The notes below the pieces were generated by a model, which saw nothing but the letters and a program-made list of their open reading frames with translations, was not told where the DNA came from and made no database searches. A program made the position numbers and the translations under genes. Positions 9,779 to 19,832 of a stretch of 64,000 nucleotides of DNA are shown piece by piece (position 1 is the stretch's first letter; each line of letters starts with the position of its first letter). The stretch is from an uncultured virus (IMG/VR IMGVR_UViG_3300021964_000035) (lineage: Duplodnaviria; Heunggongvirae; Uroviricota; Caudoviricetes), in the IMG/VR virus record IMGVR_UViG_3300021964_000035, one strand, 5' to 3'.

Positions 9779-10356
9779 CCGAGGGTTGAGCTCCATACGA
9801 CAACATCGTGTTTCATTTCTGGTGTGATCTTACCGGCGGGGCTTCTACAGATCATCAAGTGGTAGGGATTAATACAGAATTCATCGTTACACTTGGTCAT
9901 CACGAACTGCTTTGAGGCGAGCTCGTCCTCGAAGAAGGCCTGAAAAACGGCGCGTCTGGTTCGGATGGTTGTGCCGGACGAAGCGTCAAAGAGGATCTCG
10001 GTGTGCTTGGGCAGGTGCAAGTGCTGGTCTGCCTCGATCTCTCTTTTGTTTTGCCGTAGCCAGACCTCCAGCTTGTCCTTCATGGTCTTGGCGCTTTTGA
10101 ACTCCTGTATGCAGACAGGACACGCGTAGAGGTGGTTGAGCCTATTTATCTTTCTGAAATCGTCAGAAGCGACAAGGAGTGGCTCAGAGCGCCCACAAGC
10201 GCAGGCGCAGGAGAAGACGCCTCGATACTCGTCCACATAGAAGGAATCCAGCCTGAAGGCTCTCTGAGAGGCTCCTCGAGGCTTCGGAGGCTCCGTGGGA
10301 TCCAGGAGTCCGAACACCGTGAACAGGGCGTTCTGGGGGTTTTCTGTGATGTTCAT
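9658..10356 (-). CDS. Zn-finger plus degenerate HNH-like plus HTH protein
   Basis: CACACG, CPVC, VMTKCNDEFCINPYHL, C-terminal HTH-like segment. Confidence 0.65.
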   Translation of the reverse strand: MNITENPQNALFTVFGLLDPTEPPKPRGASQRAFRLDSFYVDEYRGVFSCACACGRSEPLLVASDDFRKINRLNHLYACPVCIQEFKSAKTMKDKLEVWLRQNKREIEADQHLHLPKHTEILFDASSGTTIRTRRAVFQAFFEDELASKQFVMTKCNDEFCINPYHLMICRSPAGKITPEMKHDVVVWSSTLGWSNLKIQHQIQLKYGRSVSKRSISNIKRSWQPSDVMKMS

Positions 10357-11032
10357 GTGAAATCGAACTCGTTGTGTGTCGCAGGGTGCGACGTGAGGGA
10401 CGGAAAAACCCGTACCAAGCTCACAGAGCTCACGTAACGCACAGGAGTATAGCTCAGCCGGCCTGCCCTAGAAATTTCTTCTTTGTCAGGAACTGAATCT
10501 TTACAAGATTTGCCTGCCGGGCGCTTGATCCAGACCGCTAGCTACAGGTCGCAGACGGGCTCGCAGTTCGTGTAAAGCGGTTTTTAGTAATTTTATTTTT
10601 TAAATAATTTACCTAATACCAATTTAGGAAGCAATTCTTGTATAGAAGCCTCACTACCACTACTTTTTCTAGGAATTTTTTCGCAGACGCAACTCGACGT
10701 GGGATTTTGGGCGTTCCTAGTGGCCACAGATCTTGGGGAGCGCGAGGGGTTTTATGGTCCTTTTGCGCGTATGAGTCCCCATGAGACTCGCAATGAGGTA
10801 ACATTCGCTTAATAGTGTTGCGGCTTTTAACAATGCCGACTACCCACCCAGCTCCTTTCCGCCCACCTTCTGACTCTTTAGAGACCTTTTGGCAGCAATG
10901 TCGTAGACGTTCTTCTGAACTCAATGTCCCGGCATGGAGGCTTGCCGAAGACAGTTACACTCACGAAATTAAGCTACCGAAAGAGAGCTAAGCTAGAATC
11001 TTCAGAGGAGGGCACTGTAGTTATTTTTTGCT

Positions 11033-11869
11033 ATGGGAGCGTGCCCACATTATCCGTCACGTAAAAGCTTTAACCAGCCCAACTTTGGCGGAATCATCTC
11101 GGCTCTAACAGAATGCATCGTCACGATTTCCGGCGTGGGAACTACAACCTTTACTCTTGATCCCTCCGGTTACGCTTCGAATTTCGAAGGGATCGTACAG
11201 TGTATTGAAGACTTAAATTTCACTCTTAGCGGCATTGTTACCGGCGGGGGCGGGGGAACTGCTTCTGGTGTTGCAGGCGGTTCGGGTATTTATATCGTTC
11301 AAAGCGGCGAGTACAACGTAATTAACGTCAACTACGACGACGTTTTCTACAACTCGGTTTCTGGTCATCTTGTCGGGGACGGCACCGTCACCGTTTTGTA
11401 TAGCGGTACGACTGCAACCATTTCCGGCGCACCAAGTGCGGGCGGCGGCGGTGGCGGCGGTGCAACGGTTGTTGTTTCTGGTGCTCCCGGAACCGGGTAC
11501 AACGCTGGTGCTCTTTGGTACGACACCAACGAAGGTCGTCTCTTTATCTACGCTTCGGGCAACGGCATCGTTTCTCCGGACTGGTATCAGACCAACGCGG
11601 AGAGCATTGCCAACATCGGCGAGTATCCGCCCAGTGGCGCTGGGTTCAACGCCCCTCCCCGAGACGGTTCTCTCTGGTTCAACACGATCTACGGATCGCT
11701 GTTCATCTACGACGCCACCTCGAGCGGTTGGTATCAGACCCAGACCAACGCCGTGGCAGCCTTCACACCTACCGAACCCGCACCCGATACCGAGGGCTCG
11801 ATGTGGTACGACAGCGGCAACACCGACCTCAAGGTCTGGAACGGCTCCGAGTGGACTTCAACCATCTGA
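11033..11869 (+). CDS. Tail-fibre-related structural protein
   Basis: Poly-Gly linkers; three G.LW[YF][DN]T...L.[IV][YW]....W repeats. Confidence 0.75.
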   Translation: MGACPHYPSRKSFNQPNFGGIISALTECIVTISGVGTTTFTLDPSGYASNFEGIVQCIEDLNFTLSGIVTGGGGGTASGVAGGSGIYIVQSGEYNVINVNYDDVFYNSVSGHLVGDGTVTVLYSGTTATISGAPSAGGGGGGGATVVVSGAPGTGYNAGALWYDTNEGRLFIYASGNGIVSPDWYQTNAESIANIGEYPPSGAGFNAPPRDGSLWFNTIYGSLFIYDATSSGWYQTQTNAVAAFTPTEPAPDTEGSMWYDSGNTDLKVWNGSEWTSTI

Positions 11870-11901
11870 TCTAAACTTAATTAAACGGAGGACAGACGGA
11901 A

Positions 11902-12297
11902 GTGGCACTTATTTCGTTCCGAGCGGGGCAAACGGTTACTTCCGGAAACTTCTTGCGTGTCGTTGGCAGCGGAATCGGCAAAGGATTCGCTTTTCCCGCG
12001 AACTGCGGTTCTCTTGCCGAATCGATTTGCGTCGGCGTGGCCATCAACTCAGCCGAGCAAGATGGAGTTGTAATTGTCAATAAGGACTACATTTACGATG
12101 GTTTGCCTGGTTTGACTCCCGGCGAACGTGTTTACCTGTCGCTTTCTTCCGGTCAGGTCTACACAAGTTACAACGCTTTTGATACTGATCTTCAGGCTTC
12201 TACTTTGTCAGGTATGTATCTTGTTGAGCTTGGTACGGCATTGGCCACCAATAAATTGCACGTCGAAATTAAACCGCCGAAGTACATCGAGCGATAG
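11902..12297 (+). CDS. Capsid cement/decoration-like (DUF2190-like) protein
   Basis: AGQTV..G...CVGVA...GLTPGERVYLS...LGTAL; GGAGG RBS. Confidence 0.6.
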   Translation: MALISFRAGQTVTSGNFLRVVGSGIGKGFAFPANCGSLAESICVGVAINSAEQDGVVIVNKDYIYDGLPGLTPGERVYLSLSSGQVYTSYNAFDTDLQASTLSGMYLVELGTALATNKLHVEIKPPKYIER

Positions 12298-12339
12298 TTT
12301 CGGAGTATCATTAAAACACTGAGACTGCGGTTATAGCGG

Positions 12340-12849
12340 ATGGCCAACCGCTCTATTTTCAATAGACGCTATACGAGCTTTGACTCCGCAGGACAGGAGG
12401 TTTATCTCGTTAACGGCGCTGGTGTAGTCACAACGCTCGCTAGTAGCACTGACTTCACGGCTGGTGAGTCCTTGGTCCAAGGCGCCGTGGTTTATGTCAG
12501 CGGCACTCAGGTTTTTAACGCGACCGCTATTAGCGGTGTTGACGACTGGAACTACCGAGCTATCGGCGTTACTGCCGCTTCCGGCTCTCCCGGTCAGTCA
12601 GTTTCTGTTGTCGTCGACGACGCTGTCACGATCGCAAACGAAAATATCACCGCTGAAGCCGCTCTGGTTCCGGGCGAAATTTACTATCTGTCCAAGTTTG
12701 ACGGTCAGATCACTCGGTTTACTACCACTTCCGGTTCTGTAACTAACTCTGGAACTGATCAGTACCAGGCGCTGGCTGTCATTGGCACCGCTCTGAGCAC
12801 TGCCGAGCTTGAGGTCGAAATTGCTACGCCCGTCATTCTCTTTGAGTGA
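12340..12849 (+). CDS. Capsid cement/decoration-like protein (paralog of 11902)
   Basis: AGESLVQGAVVYV..AIGV..LVPGEIYYLS..IGTALS. Confidence 0.6.
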   Translation: MANRSIFNRRYTSFDSAGQEVYLVNGAGVVTTLASSTDFTAGESLVQGAVVYVSGTQVFNATAISGVDDWNYRAIGVTAASGSPGQSVSVVVDDAVTIANENITAEAALVPGEIYYLSKFDGQITRFTTTSGSVTNSGTDQYQALAVIGTALSTAELEVEIATPVILFE

Positions 12850-12858
12850 GGGTAGCTA

Positions 12859-13416
12859 ATGGTTGTCCAAAGCCCACTAATTCTGATTAGCGGCTTTTTA
12901 AGCCAGCTCCCTCCCGGCGATACGATTCGGGGCGTCAGTGCATCTGGCGACGCAGCTTATATTCTTGCCGAAGAAGCTCTTGCTTCTGGTAACGCTGCTT
13001 TAGTCGATGCTGCTGAAGCACTTGCTTCTGGTAATGCGGCTCTCGTTGATGCCGAAAGTGCCCTTGCCAATATTTCTGGTTACTCCGTAGCTCCCTCCGG
13101 TGCTTTTGGAGGAACGGGGGCTTCCATTGTCCTCCTCTCTGATCTCGCTGTTCAGAGCCAGGTCAATATTTCTGGCCAAGGCGGACTTGCTGTTCAGTTT
13201 GAGTCGGATGTCATCACGATTTCCGGTGGAACTGGAGCCGGCGGTGGCGGCGCAGTCGGTTCCGGGAACGGCGAAGTCTTCTTCCTCAACGACACCGTTA
13301 TCTCAGGCAGCTATGTTATACCTAGCGGGAAAAATGCGATGTCAGCCGGACCCCTCACTCAGCTGAGCGGCGTGGTCATCACCATTCCTAGCGGCAGTGC
13401 CTGGACGATTGTGTAA
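12859..13416 (+). CDS. Tail-fibre adaptor-like protein (paralog of 16651)
   Basis: C-terminal FFLN..I...Y.IPSGKNAMSAGP...ITIPSGSAWTIV; internal EALASGNAALVDA duplication. Confidence 0.7.
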   Translation: MVVQSPLILISGFLSQLPPGDTIRGVSASGDAAYILAEEALASGNAALVDAAEALASGNAALVDAESALANISGYSVAPSGAFGGTGASIVLLSDLAVQSQVNISGQGGLAVQFESDVITISGGTGAGGGGAVGSGNGEVFFLNDTVISGSYVIPSGKNAMSAGPLTQLSGVVITIPSGSAWTIV

Positions 13417-13418
13417 CT

Positions 13419-14015
13419 ATGGCTCTCATTCTTGACGGCGCAGGAACTATTACCGGTCTTCAGGCTGGCGGTTTGCCTGACAACAGCATCACGTCAACGG
13501 AACTGGCAAATGATGCGGTGACGACTGCAAAGATCGCAGATAACGCGGTCACTAGCGCCAAATACGCAATTAGCGTCGCTCGAATCACGGACTCTAAAGC
13601 CTCAGGCACTGACGGTGGAACATTTACAAGCGGAGCGTGGCGAACGAGAGATTTGAACGCTATTGAAGACGACCCAGACAGTATTGTCACTCTTTCAAGT
13701 AATCAATTTACCCTTGGCGCAGGTACATATTTAATTCAGTGGAGTGCTCCTGCTTTTGACATCGGTAGACACAGGACGCAACTTTGGGATGTAACTGGCT
13801 CAACTGATTTAGCTAAGGGTACAAGCGAATATGTCGGCACTACCGACGACAGTCAGACGCGCAGTTTTGGGTTTGACATTGTAACCTTGACAGCGAGCAA
13901 TGCTTTTGAAATTCAGCATCGGTCTGACAACAGTCAATCTGGTAATGGTTTTGGAGTCGCATCTAGTATGGCTGCTGAAAAATACACAATGGTCACCATC
14001 TTTAAGTTGAGCTAA
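13419..14015 (+). CDS. Short fibre/spike protein
   Basis: AVTTAKIADNAVT repeat; C-terminal domain shared with 14377. Confidence 0.7.
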   Translation: MALILDGAGTITGLQAGGLPDNSITSTELANDAVTTAKIADNAVTSAKYAISVARITDSKASGTDGGTFTSGAWRTRDLNAIEDDPDSIVTLSSNQFTLGAGTYLIQWSAPAFDIGRHRTQLWDVTGSTDLAKGTSEYVGTTDDSQTRSFGFDIVTLTASNAFEIQHRSDNSQSGNGFGVASSMAAEKYTMVTIFKLS

Positions 14016-14017
14016 CC

Positions 14018-14338
14018 ATGGACATCAATATCGCAATTGACCATCTTGGTCTTAACGCCAACAGCTACAAGCTGAGCCAGTCCGTACCTCCTCACTCCAT
14101 CGTGGAGTGGAACGGCCCAGACGCTCAACCAACCGAGGCTGAGCTGCAAGCCGCTTACGACGCCTACGTCGCTGAGCAAAACTCGACTGAATACCAGCGC
14201 CAACGCGCACCGGAATATCCCGACCTAAAGCAACTCGCCGACGGTCTTTATTGGGCCAGCCGTGGTGACACCACCAAGCTCGACGAATATTACGCTGCTT
14301 GCGAAGCTGTTAAAGCTAAGTACCCCAAGCCAGCCTGA
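14018..14338 (+). CDS. XkdW-like tail-fibre assembly protein
   Basis: IVEWNGPDAQPTEAELQAA...YQRQRAPEYP...AVKAKYPKP. Confidence 0.7.
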   Translation: MDINIAIDHLGLNANSYKLSQSVPPHSIVEWNGPDAQPTEAELQAAYDAYVAEQNSTEYQRQRAPEYPDLKQLADGLYWASRGDTTKLDEYYAACEAVKAKYPKPA

Positions 14339-14376
14339 GCTAATATGAACTTACGCTTGAGGGTCAGCGCAGCTAA

Positions 14377-15009
14377 ATGACCAGTAAGATCCGATTTAGG
14401 GGCGCTACATCAGGCTTCGTAGAACTTGCTGCGCCTGACGCTGCTGGAAGTAATACGCTGACTCTACCTACGGGTAATGGTACTGCCGGTCAATATCTGC
14501 AGACTGCAGGTTCGAGCGGGGAGTTGAGTTGGCAGACGGTTAGTACGCCCAATGTTGCGTTTGAAAGCTACGCAGTTATTGCAGATCAAAAAACTAGCAA
14601 CACTGACGCCGGAACATTTAGTAGCGGTGACTGGCGTACTAGAGATTTGAATACAGAACTATTTGACCCTGATGGCATTGTCAGCATTAGCAGTAATCAG
14701 TTCACTTTGGGAGCGGGAACGTATTATATGGTTGCCTACGCACCTGCACACAGGGTTGATAAACATATAGCACGAGTCAGAAATGTAACTGATTCAGTAG
14801 ACGTTGCCTTTGGTACATCCGAGGTTGCCAACAATGGAACATATAATACAAGTACCTCGAAAGTTTTTGCGCGAGTTACAATAACCAGCAGTAAAGCTTT
14901 TGAAGTTCAGCACAAATGCGAGACTACATTTACTGATAGGGGTTTCGGTTGGGGTGTTGGTTTCAGTGTTGAGAAGTACACCGTTGTTGAAATCTTTAAG
15001 GAAGCATGA
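14377..15009 (+). CDS. Short fibre/spike protein (paralog of 13419)
   Basis: GATSGFVELAAPDAAGSNTLTLP N-terminus; shared GTF.SG.WRTRDLN domain. Confidence 0.7.
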   Translation: MTSKIRFRGATSGFVELAAPDAAGSNTLTLPTGNGTAGQYLQTAGSSGELSWQTVSTPNVAFESYAVIADQKTSNTDAGTFSSGDWRTRDLNTELFDPDGIVSISSNQFTLGAGTYYMVAYAPAHRVDKHIARVRNVTDSVDVAFGTSEVANNGTYNTSTSKVFARVTITSSKAFEVQHKCETTFTDRGFGWGVGFSVEKYTVVEIFKEA

Positions 15010-15011
15010 TC

Positions 15012-15350
15012 ATGGATATTAACCTTGCAATCGACCATCTTGGTCTCAACGCTAACAGCTACAAGCTGACACAATCCGTACCTCCTCACTCCATTCTTGA
15101 GTGGAATGGTCCGGATGCTCAACCGACTGAAGCTGAACTTCAAGCCGCTTACGACGCTGCTGTCGTCAACGTTGCTCTTGCTGATCTTCGTTCTAAGCGC
15201 AACCAACTCCTAGCCGAAACCGACTACCTCGCTCTTGCTGATTCAACCCTGACTGACGAGATGCGTACCTATCGCCAAGCACTCCGCGATCTACCGGCTA
15301 ACACCGTGGATCCGGCTAACCCCGTTTGGCCTACTAAGCCAGGAGCCTAA
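15012..15350 (+). CDS. XkdW-like domain fused to phage tail assembly chaperone domain
   Basis: First ~48 aa nearly identical to 14018; LRSKRNQLLAETDY...YRQALRDLP...WPTKP. Confidence 0.75.
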   Translation: MDINLAIDHLGLNANSYKLTQSVPPHSILEWNGPDAQPTEAELQAAYDAAVVNVALADLRSKRNQLLAETDYLALADSTLTDEMRTYRQALRDLPANTVDPANPVWPTKPGA

Positions 15351-15352
15351 CG

Positions 15353-16084
15353 ATGAGCACACTTCGTGTAACTCACTTAAAAAACGAGACCAGCAGCTCG
15401 AATAACATAACTCTGGATAGCTCAGGTCGCGTCTTGGCTGGCGCATCTAGCAGCTCTGCTAATACTCGTGCCGTTTTTACTGGCAACAGTGCAGGACCAA
15501 CAGGCGCTGGCGTTGTTCAAATTGCTCGTGGCAATACGTTTACTGCAGCTAATACAAACATTGCAAACCTAGAGTTTACTGATTTAGACGGAAACATTTT
15601 TGGCCGAATCCAATGCGAAAGTGATGCGGATACGGTTGCTGGCTCAGATCATCCCGGTCGAATTTCAATTGAAACGACAGCAGATGGTGGCACCACTGTT
15701 ACGGAGGCGGTGCGAATTGACTCATCGCAAAACCTCCGCTTCAACTCCGGCTACGGCAGTGTTGCTACGGCTTACGGCGTAAGGGCGTGGATTAACTTTG
15801 ACGGTACCGCCGCAACTATTGGCACTGGTCGTGCAAGTGGAAATATGGATGCAGTTACCGATAACAGCTCAGGTGATTATACGATAAACTTTACAAATGA
15901 TATGCCTGACGCTAATTATTGCGTTGCCGGCATTTGTTTTGAAACTGGAAGTACTGGAGCCACTGATAATTTTATTGGCATAAAACGCGCTACCAATTAT
16001 TCGGATAGCGTGACAGCAGGTTCTGTTAGGATCGCAACAAACGGCGGTGGAGACCGATCCTGTTTTGTAATGATTATTAGGTAA
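15353..16084 (+). CDS. Tail-fibre protein
   Basis: RIDSS repeats; RAWINFDG...DNSSGDYTINFT..MPDANY C-terminal domain. Confidence 0.75.
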   Translation: MSTLRVTHLKNETSSSNNITLDSSGRVLAGASSSSANTRAVFTGNSAGPTGAGVVQIARGNTFTAANTNIANLEFTDLDGNIFGRIQCESDADTVAGSDHPGRISIETTADGGTTVTEAVRIDSSQNLRFNSGYGSVATAYGVRAWINFDGTAATIGTGRASGNMDAVTDNSSGDYTINFTNDMPDANYCVAGICFETGSTGATDNFIGIKRATNYSDSVTAGSVRIATNGGGDRSCFVMIIR

Positions 16085-16090
16085 TTTACG

Positions 16091-16348
16091 ATGTCAAAAA
16101 TTCTTTTCCAAAATTCCGAAGGTGGTTTAAGCGTGGTTGTACCAACCGGCGCAACGCCCGTTGAAGACCTTTGCCATAAGTGCATCCCTTCTGGTACGCC
16201 CTACCTAATCGTTGAAGACGACGCTATTCCTGCTGACCGTACTTTCCGCGACGCTTGGGAGGCTGACCTGAGCAGTCCCACTGGAACTAGCATTGGGCGG
16301 GAAGCTTGGTTTGCCGCTAAAGCAGCAGCTGAGGAGGCTGAGCAATGA
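16091..16348 (+). CDS. Tail-fibre-associated small protein
   Basis: GGLSVVVP...PYLIV...IPADRTFRDAW. Confidence 0.7.
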   Translation: MSKILFQNSEGGLSVVVPTGATPVEDLCHKCIPSGTPYLIVEDDAIPADRTFRDAWEADLSSPTGTSIGREAWFAAKAAAEEAEQ

Positions 16349-16605
16349 TCAACATCAACATGGATAAAGCGCGGGACATTCACCGCGATCGAATTCGGCA
16401 GGCACGAACCAAGCTTTTCGAGACGGCTGATCTTGCCTTCATGAGGGCCATCGAAACCGGCGACGATCTGGCCAAGGCTCAAGCTGTTGCTGTTAAACAG
16501 CTCCTTCGGGACGCACCCGCTGCTTCTGATATCGACGCTGCGTCGAATCCCGACGAACTGAAGGCCGCGTGGAACGAGTCGTTACTTGGACCTTCTCCTT
16601 ATTAA
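16345..16605 (+). CDS. Tail-fibre assembly-like protein
   Basis: ININMDKARDIHRDRIRQAR..FMRAIE..KQLLRDAP..ELKAAW; ATGA coupling. Confidence 0.7.
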   Translation: MININMDKARDIHRDRIRQARTKLFETADLAFMRAIETGDDLAKAQAVAVKQLLRDAPAASDIDAASNPDELKAAWNESLLGPSPY

Positions 16606-16650
16606 CTAAATTCGGCTAAAGTAAACTAGGCACTAGGGCCAGATGTAGGG

Positions 16651-17145
16651 ATGGTACTCCGCTCACCACTTGTTATTATCAGCGGCACCATCGCCCAGTT
16701 GCCTCCCGGTGACTCGATTGGCGGTGAAACCGATCCCGTAGCTCTAGCGTCTGGTAACGCAGCTCTTGAAGTTGCGGTTTCGAACCGCGCTGCACTTTCT
16801 GGTTATTCGATTGTTCCGTCCGGCGCCTTCGACGGAACTTCAGCATCCCTTGTCTTCCTGCAAGACGGTTTAGTCGGCAGCCAAGTCAACTTGTCGGGTC
16901 AGGGCGGCCTGCAACTCGCTCAAGTTGGCGACGTTATTACCGTCAGCGGTGGAACTGGAGCTGGCGGCGGTGGCGGCGGCGCGGTTGGTAGCGGCACCGA
17001 GCAAGCCTTCTTCCTGAATGTTATTCAAATTTCGGGAAGTTATACTATTCCTAGCGGCTTTAACGCCGGTACTTTTGGCCCCGTTGATGTTCTCAGCGGC
17101 GTCACAATTACCTCTCCTTCCGGCTCTACTTGGACGGTGGTCTAA
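16651..17145 (+). CDS. Tail-fibre adaptor-like protein (paralog of 12859)
   Basis: SPLVIISG..QLPPGD; ALASGNAAL; PSGSTWTVV. Confidence 0.7.
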   Translation: MVLRSPLVIISGTIAQLPPGDSIGGETDPVALASGNAALEVAVSNRAALSGYSIVPSGAFDGTSASLVFLQDGLVGSQVNLSGQGGLQLAQVGDVITVSGGTGAGGGGGGAVGSGTEQAFFLNVIQISGSYTIPSGFNAGTFGPVDVLSGVTITSPSGSTWTVV

Positions 17146-18399
17146 ATGGTTGTTCGTGTTAACGGCTCCACTGGCATCATCACCGTCAGTGGTACTTCTG
17201 GAGCCCCGTCGCTGCGTGGCCCCGATGGAAACTCGGGCATCAGTTTTGACGGCGATCAGGTAATCATTAGTTCGAGTGGTCTTGTCGCTGCGACTTTTAG
17301 CGACAGTGCCGCGACTATTAATAATCTCTCGGTCGATACAACTACTTTAGAGTTTTCCCCTGGTTCTAGCGCTGCTCCCACTATCGCTCCCAGCGGAGAT
17401 TTAAATACCGGTATCTATTTCCCTGCAGCGGATACGATCGGTTTTGTTGAAGGCGGCAGTGAGGCTGCTCGATTGAACAACTCTGGGCGCGTACTGGTTG
17501 CCTCTACCACTTCTAGAACAAACGTTGCAAATCTAGAGCCGCGAATCCAGATTGAGGGCATAAACAACGACACCAGCACTGTTGCGGTTATCTCCAACAG
17601 CACTGCTGATGGTACAGCTGCTCAAGTGCATCTTTGCAAGAGCAGCAATGGTACGGTCGGAGGCAATGGTGCCGTAGTTAATAACGAGGTTTTGGGTCGT
17701 GTTACCTTTGACGGAAGTGACGGCACCAACTTTGTTAGTGGCGCTGACATTTTGTCTACTTGCGAGGCAAATGCCGCCACTAATGCTATGACGGCAAATT
17801 TGCGTTTTTACACAAATAACGGTGGATCTGGTCCGTCGGAGCGGATGCGGATTGCAAACGCAGGTGAAACCCAAATTGCTAGCCGACCAAATAATACAAC
17901 CTTACTACTTCGATATGGAGGTAGTCCAGATACCGGTAGAAATATCCTGGAAGTTTTTAGAGACGCAGGGATGGATAGCGGTGTTCAGAATTGCGTAATT
18001 CGATCTGATGGAAACCTGTATAACACTAATGGAACATACGGGACACTTTCTGATCGCAAACTAAAAGAAAACATTGTTAATGCCAGTTCCCAGTGGGATG
18101 ACGTCAAAGCAATTCAGGTCCGCAACTTCAACTTTAGGGAAGACACTGGACACGAAACCCATACTCAAATTGGTGTTGTTGCTCAGGAAGTTGAACTTGT
18201 TTCACCACGTCTAGTTACTGAATCCCCTGACAGAGACGATGACGGCAACGACCTTGGCACTACTACTAAGTATGTCAATCTCTCTGTGCTTTACATGAAG
18301 TCGGTTAAAGCACTTCAAGAGGCAATGGAGCGCATCGAAACCCTAGAAACCGCCAACGCTTCCCTTGAGGCTCGCCTTACCGCACTTGAGTCTGCGTGA
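17146..18399 (+). CDS. Tail fibre with C-terminal S74 intramolecular chaperone domain
   Basis: GDLNTGIYFPAADTI; LSDRKLKENIV autocleavage motif; IGVVAQEVE; terminal coiled coil. Confidence 0.85.
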   Translation: MVVRVNGSTGIITVSGTSGAPSLRGPDGNSGISFDGDQVIISSSGLVAATFSDSAATINNLSVDTTTLEFSPGSSAAPTIAPSGDLNTGIYFPAADTIGFVEGGSEAARLNNSGRVLVASTTSRTNVANLEPRIQIEGINNDTSTVAVISNSTADGTAAQVHLCKSSNGTVGGNGAVVNNEVLGRVTFDGSDGTNFVSGADILSTCEANAATNAMTANLRFYTNNGGSGPSERMRIANAGETQIASRPNNTTLLLRYGGSPDTGRNILEVFRDAGMDSGVQNCVIRSDGNLYNTNGTYGTLSDRKLKENIVNASSQWDDVKAIQVRNFNFREDTGHETHTQIGVVAQEVELVSPRLVTESPDRDDDGNDLGTTTKYVNLSVLYMKSVKALQEAMERIETLETANASLEARLTALESA

Positions 18400-18510
18400 C
18401 CCACAGGGCTTACGTGAATCCGGGCGTTTAATTACGCCTCGATTCCCCCGTGGCGAGTTAAAATTAAGAATATCTGCCCGTGTTACGGATACTCTGAGGA
18501 TTTTTGACCG

Positions 18511-19710
18511 ATGAGCACAATCAGGGCTAACAACTTTCAGGGTCTTGATGCAGCCAACCCTGCTATTGAGCTCCCAGCTGACGGCACTTTAATTGTTGCT
18601 TCTGGTTTTAGCGGAGATTTAGAGAGTAAGGGTACTTTTGTTGCCAGCGGTCTGACTGTCGAAAGCACCGCGACTTTTGCCGTGGGAGCTAGTGGCACGC
18701 CTGCTATCGCTGCCAGCGGTGACGCTAATACCGGTATCTATTTCCCTGCAGCAGATACGATCGGTTTTACTGAGGGTGGTAACGAAGCTGCCCGCATCGA
18801 CAACGAAGGCAGGCTGTTAGTTGGCACGTCTTCGAGCACTAACGCTTCTGCAAACTGCAAACTGGTTGTAAACACTAACGGTGCCGCAGCCAGATTTGAA
18901 GGAACTGTAGGCTATGGACTGGACGTTGTTTATACCACGGTTCCTGCTAATGGAGATGATCTAGGACTTTTTGGTTTCAAGGGGTATACGACTGGAACGA
19001 CAGAGGCATACGGTGCATGGATTATGGCCGAGGCGGATGGAGCCTGGGCATCTGGTAATGCAAGAAGTCGGTTAGTGTTCTCCACTACTGCCGACGGAAC
19101 GAGCAGCCCGACGGAGAGGATGAGGATTACGAATGATGGCACGTTAAAGGTAGGGACTACTTCTGCAACGCCTGCAAACTGCTCTATTTTCACTCGTTCT
19201 AATTCAAGCGATTTTGGGATTGTAGATCAACCAACCACATCGGTCGGATACCCCATGGGGTTTTACAATAGTAGTGGTACCGGTGTTGGCTACATTGAAA
19301 CCACCGCGAGTGCGACCAACTACGTCACTTCGTCTGATTATCGCCTGAAAGAAAACGTTGTCCCGCTAACTGGTGCAGCAGATCGCATCAACCAGCTTCA
19401 AGTTCACCGCTTTAACTTCATTGTTGATCCTGACACTACGTTTGATGGTTTCCTTGCTCACGAAGCACAAGCTGTTGTCCCAGAAGCTGTTAGTGGTACG
19501 CACAACGAAGTTGAAGTCTGGAAGGAAGGCGAAGAACTGCCCGATGGCGTTTCAGTTGGCGACGCCAAGCTGGACGAAGATGGCAACACGATTCCGGTCT
19601 ATCAAGGCATCGACCAATCCAAGCTGGTGCCGTTGTTGACCGCTGCGCTGCAGGAAGCACTGGCTGAGATTGAAAGCCTGAAGGCTCGTGTTACTGCGCT
19701 AGAGCCATAA
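18511..19710 (+). CDS. Tail fibre with C-terminal S74 chaperone domain
   Basis: TSSDYRLKENV; GFLAHEAQ; IDQSKLVPLLTAALQE. Confidence 0.85.
   Translation: MSTIRANNFQGLDAANPAIELPADGTLIVASGFSGDLESKGTFVASGLTVESTATFAVGASGTPAIAASGDANTGIYFPAADTIGFTEGGNEAARIDNEGRLLVGTSSSTNASANCKLVVNTNGAAARFEGTVGYGLDVVYTTVPANGDDLGLFGFKGYTTGTTEAYGAWIMAEADGAWASGNARSRLVFSTTADGTSSPTERMRITNDGTLKVGTTSATPANCSIFTRSNSSDFGIVDQPTTSVGYPMGFYNSSGTGVGYIETTASATNYVTSSDYRLKENVVPLTGAADRINQLQVHRFNFIVDPDTTFDGFLAHEAQAVVPEAVSGTHNEVEVWKEGEELPDGVSVGDAKLDEDGNTIPVYQGIDQSKLVPLLTAALQEALAEIESLKARVTALEP
18665..18788 (+). repeat. 124-bp block repeated in inverted orientation at 60463..60586
   Basis: 8 mismatches by manual alignment; 41-bp perfect run. 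Confidence 0.9.
19603..19658 (+). repeat. 56-bp block repeated in inverted orientation at 59392..59447
   Basis: 2 mismatches by manual alignment. Confidence 0.9.
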
Positions 19711-19832
19711 GTCCTACTCTCTAAAAGACGTAAGTTCATGGAGTCTTAGATCTAAGCGAAGGCTCATCTTTAGGGTTCATTTAGAACCTTTGGTCCTGTA
19801 AATACTTAGAATTAGGCAACGGCCATTTTTAT

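Noticed and set aside
10613..10924. 103-aa ORF in the intergenic region
   Set aside because: TTG start, no recognisable features; likely spurious.
11370..12083. Long alternative-frame and antisense ORFs here and across the window
   Set aside because: Expected shadows of codon-biased genes, with Arg/Ser/Pro-rich non-protein-like translations.
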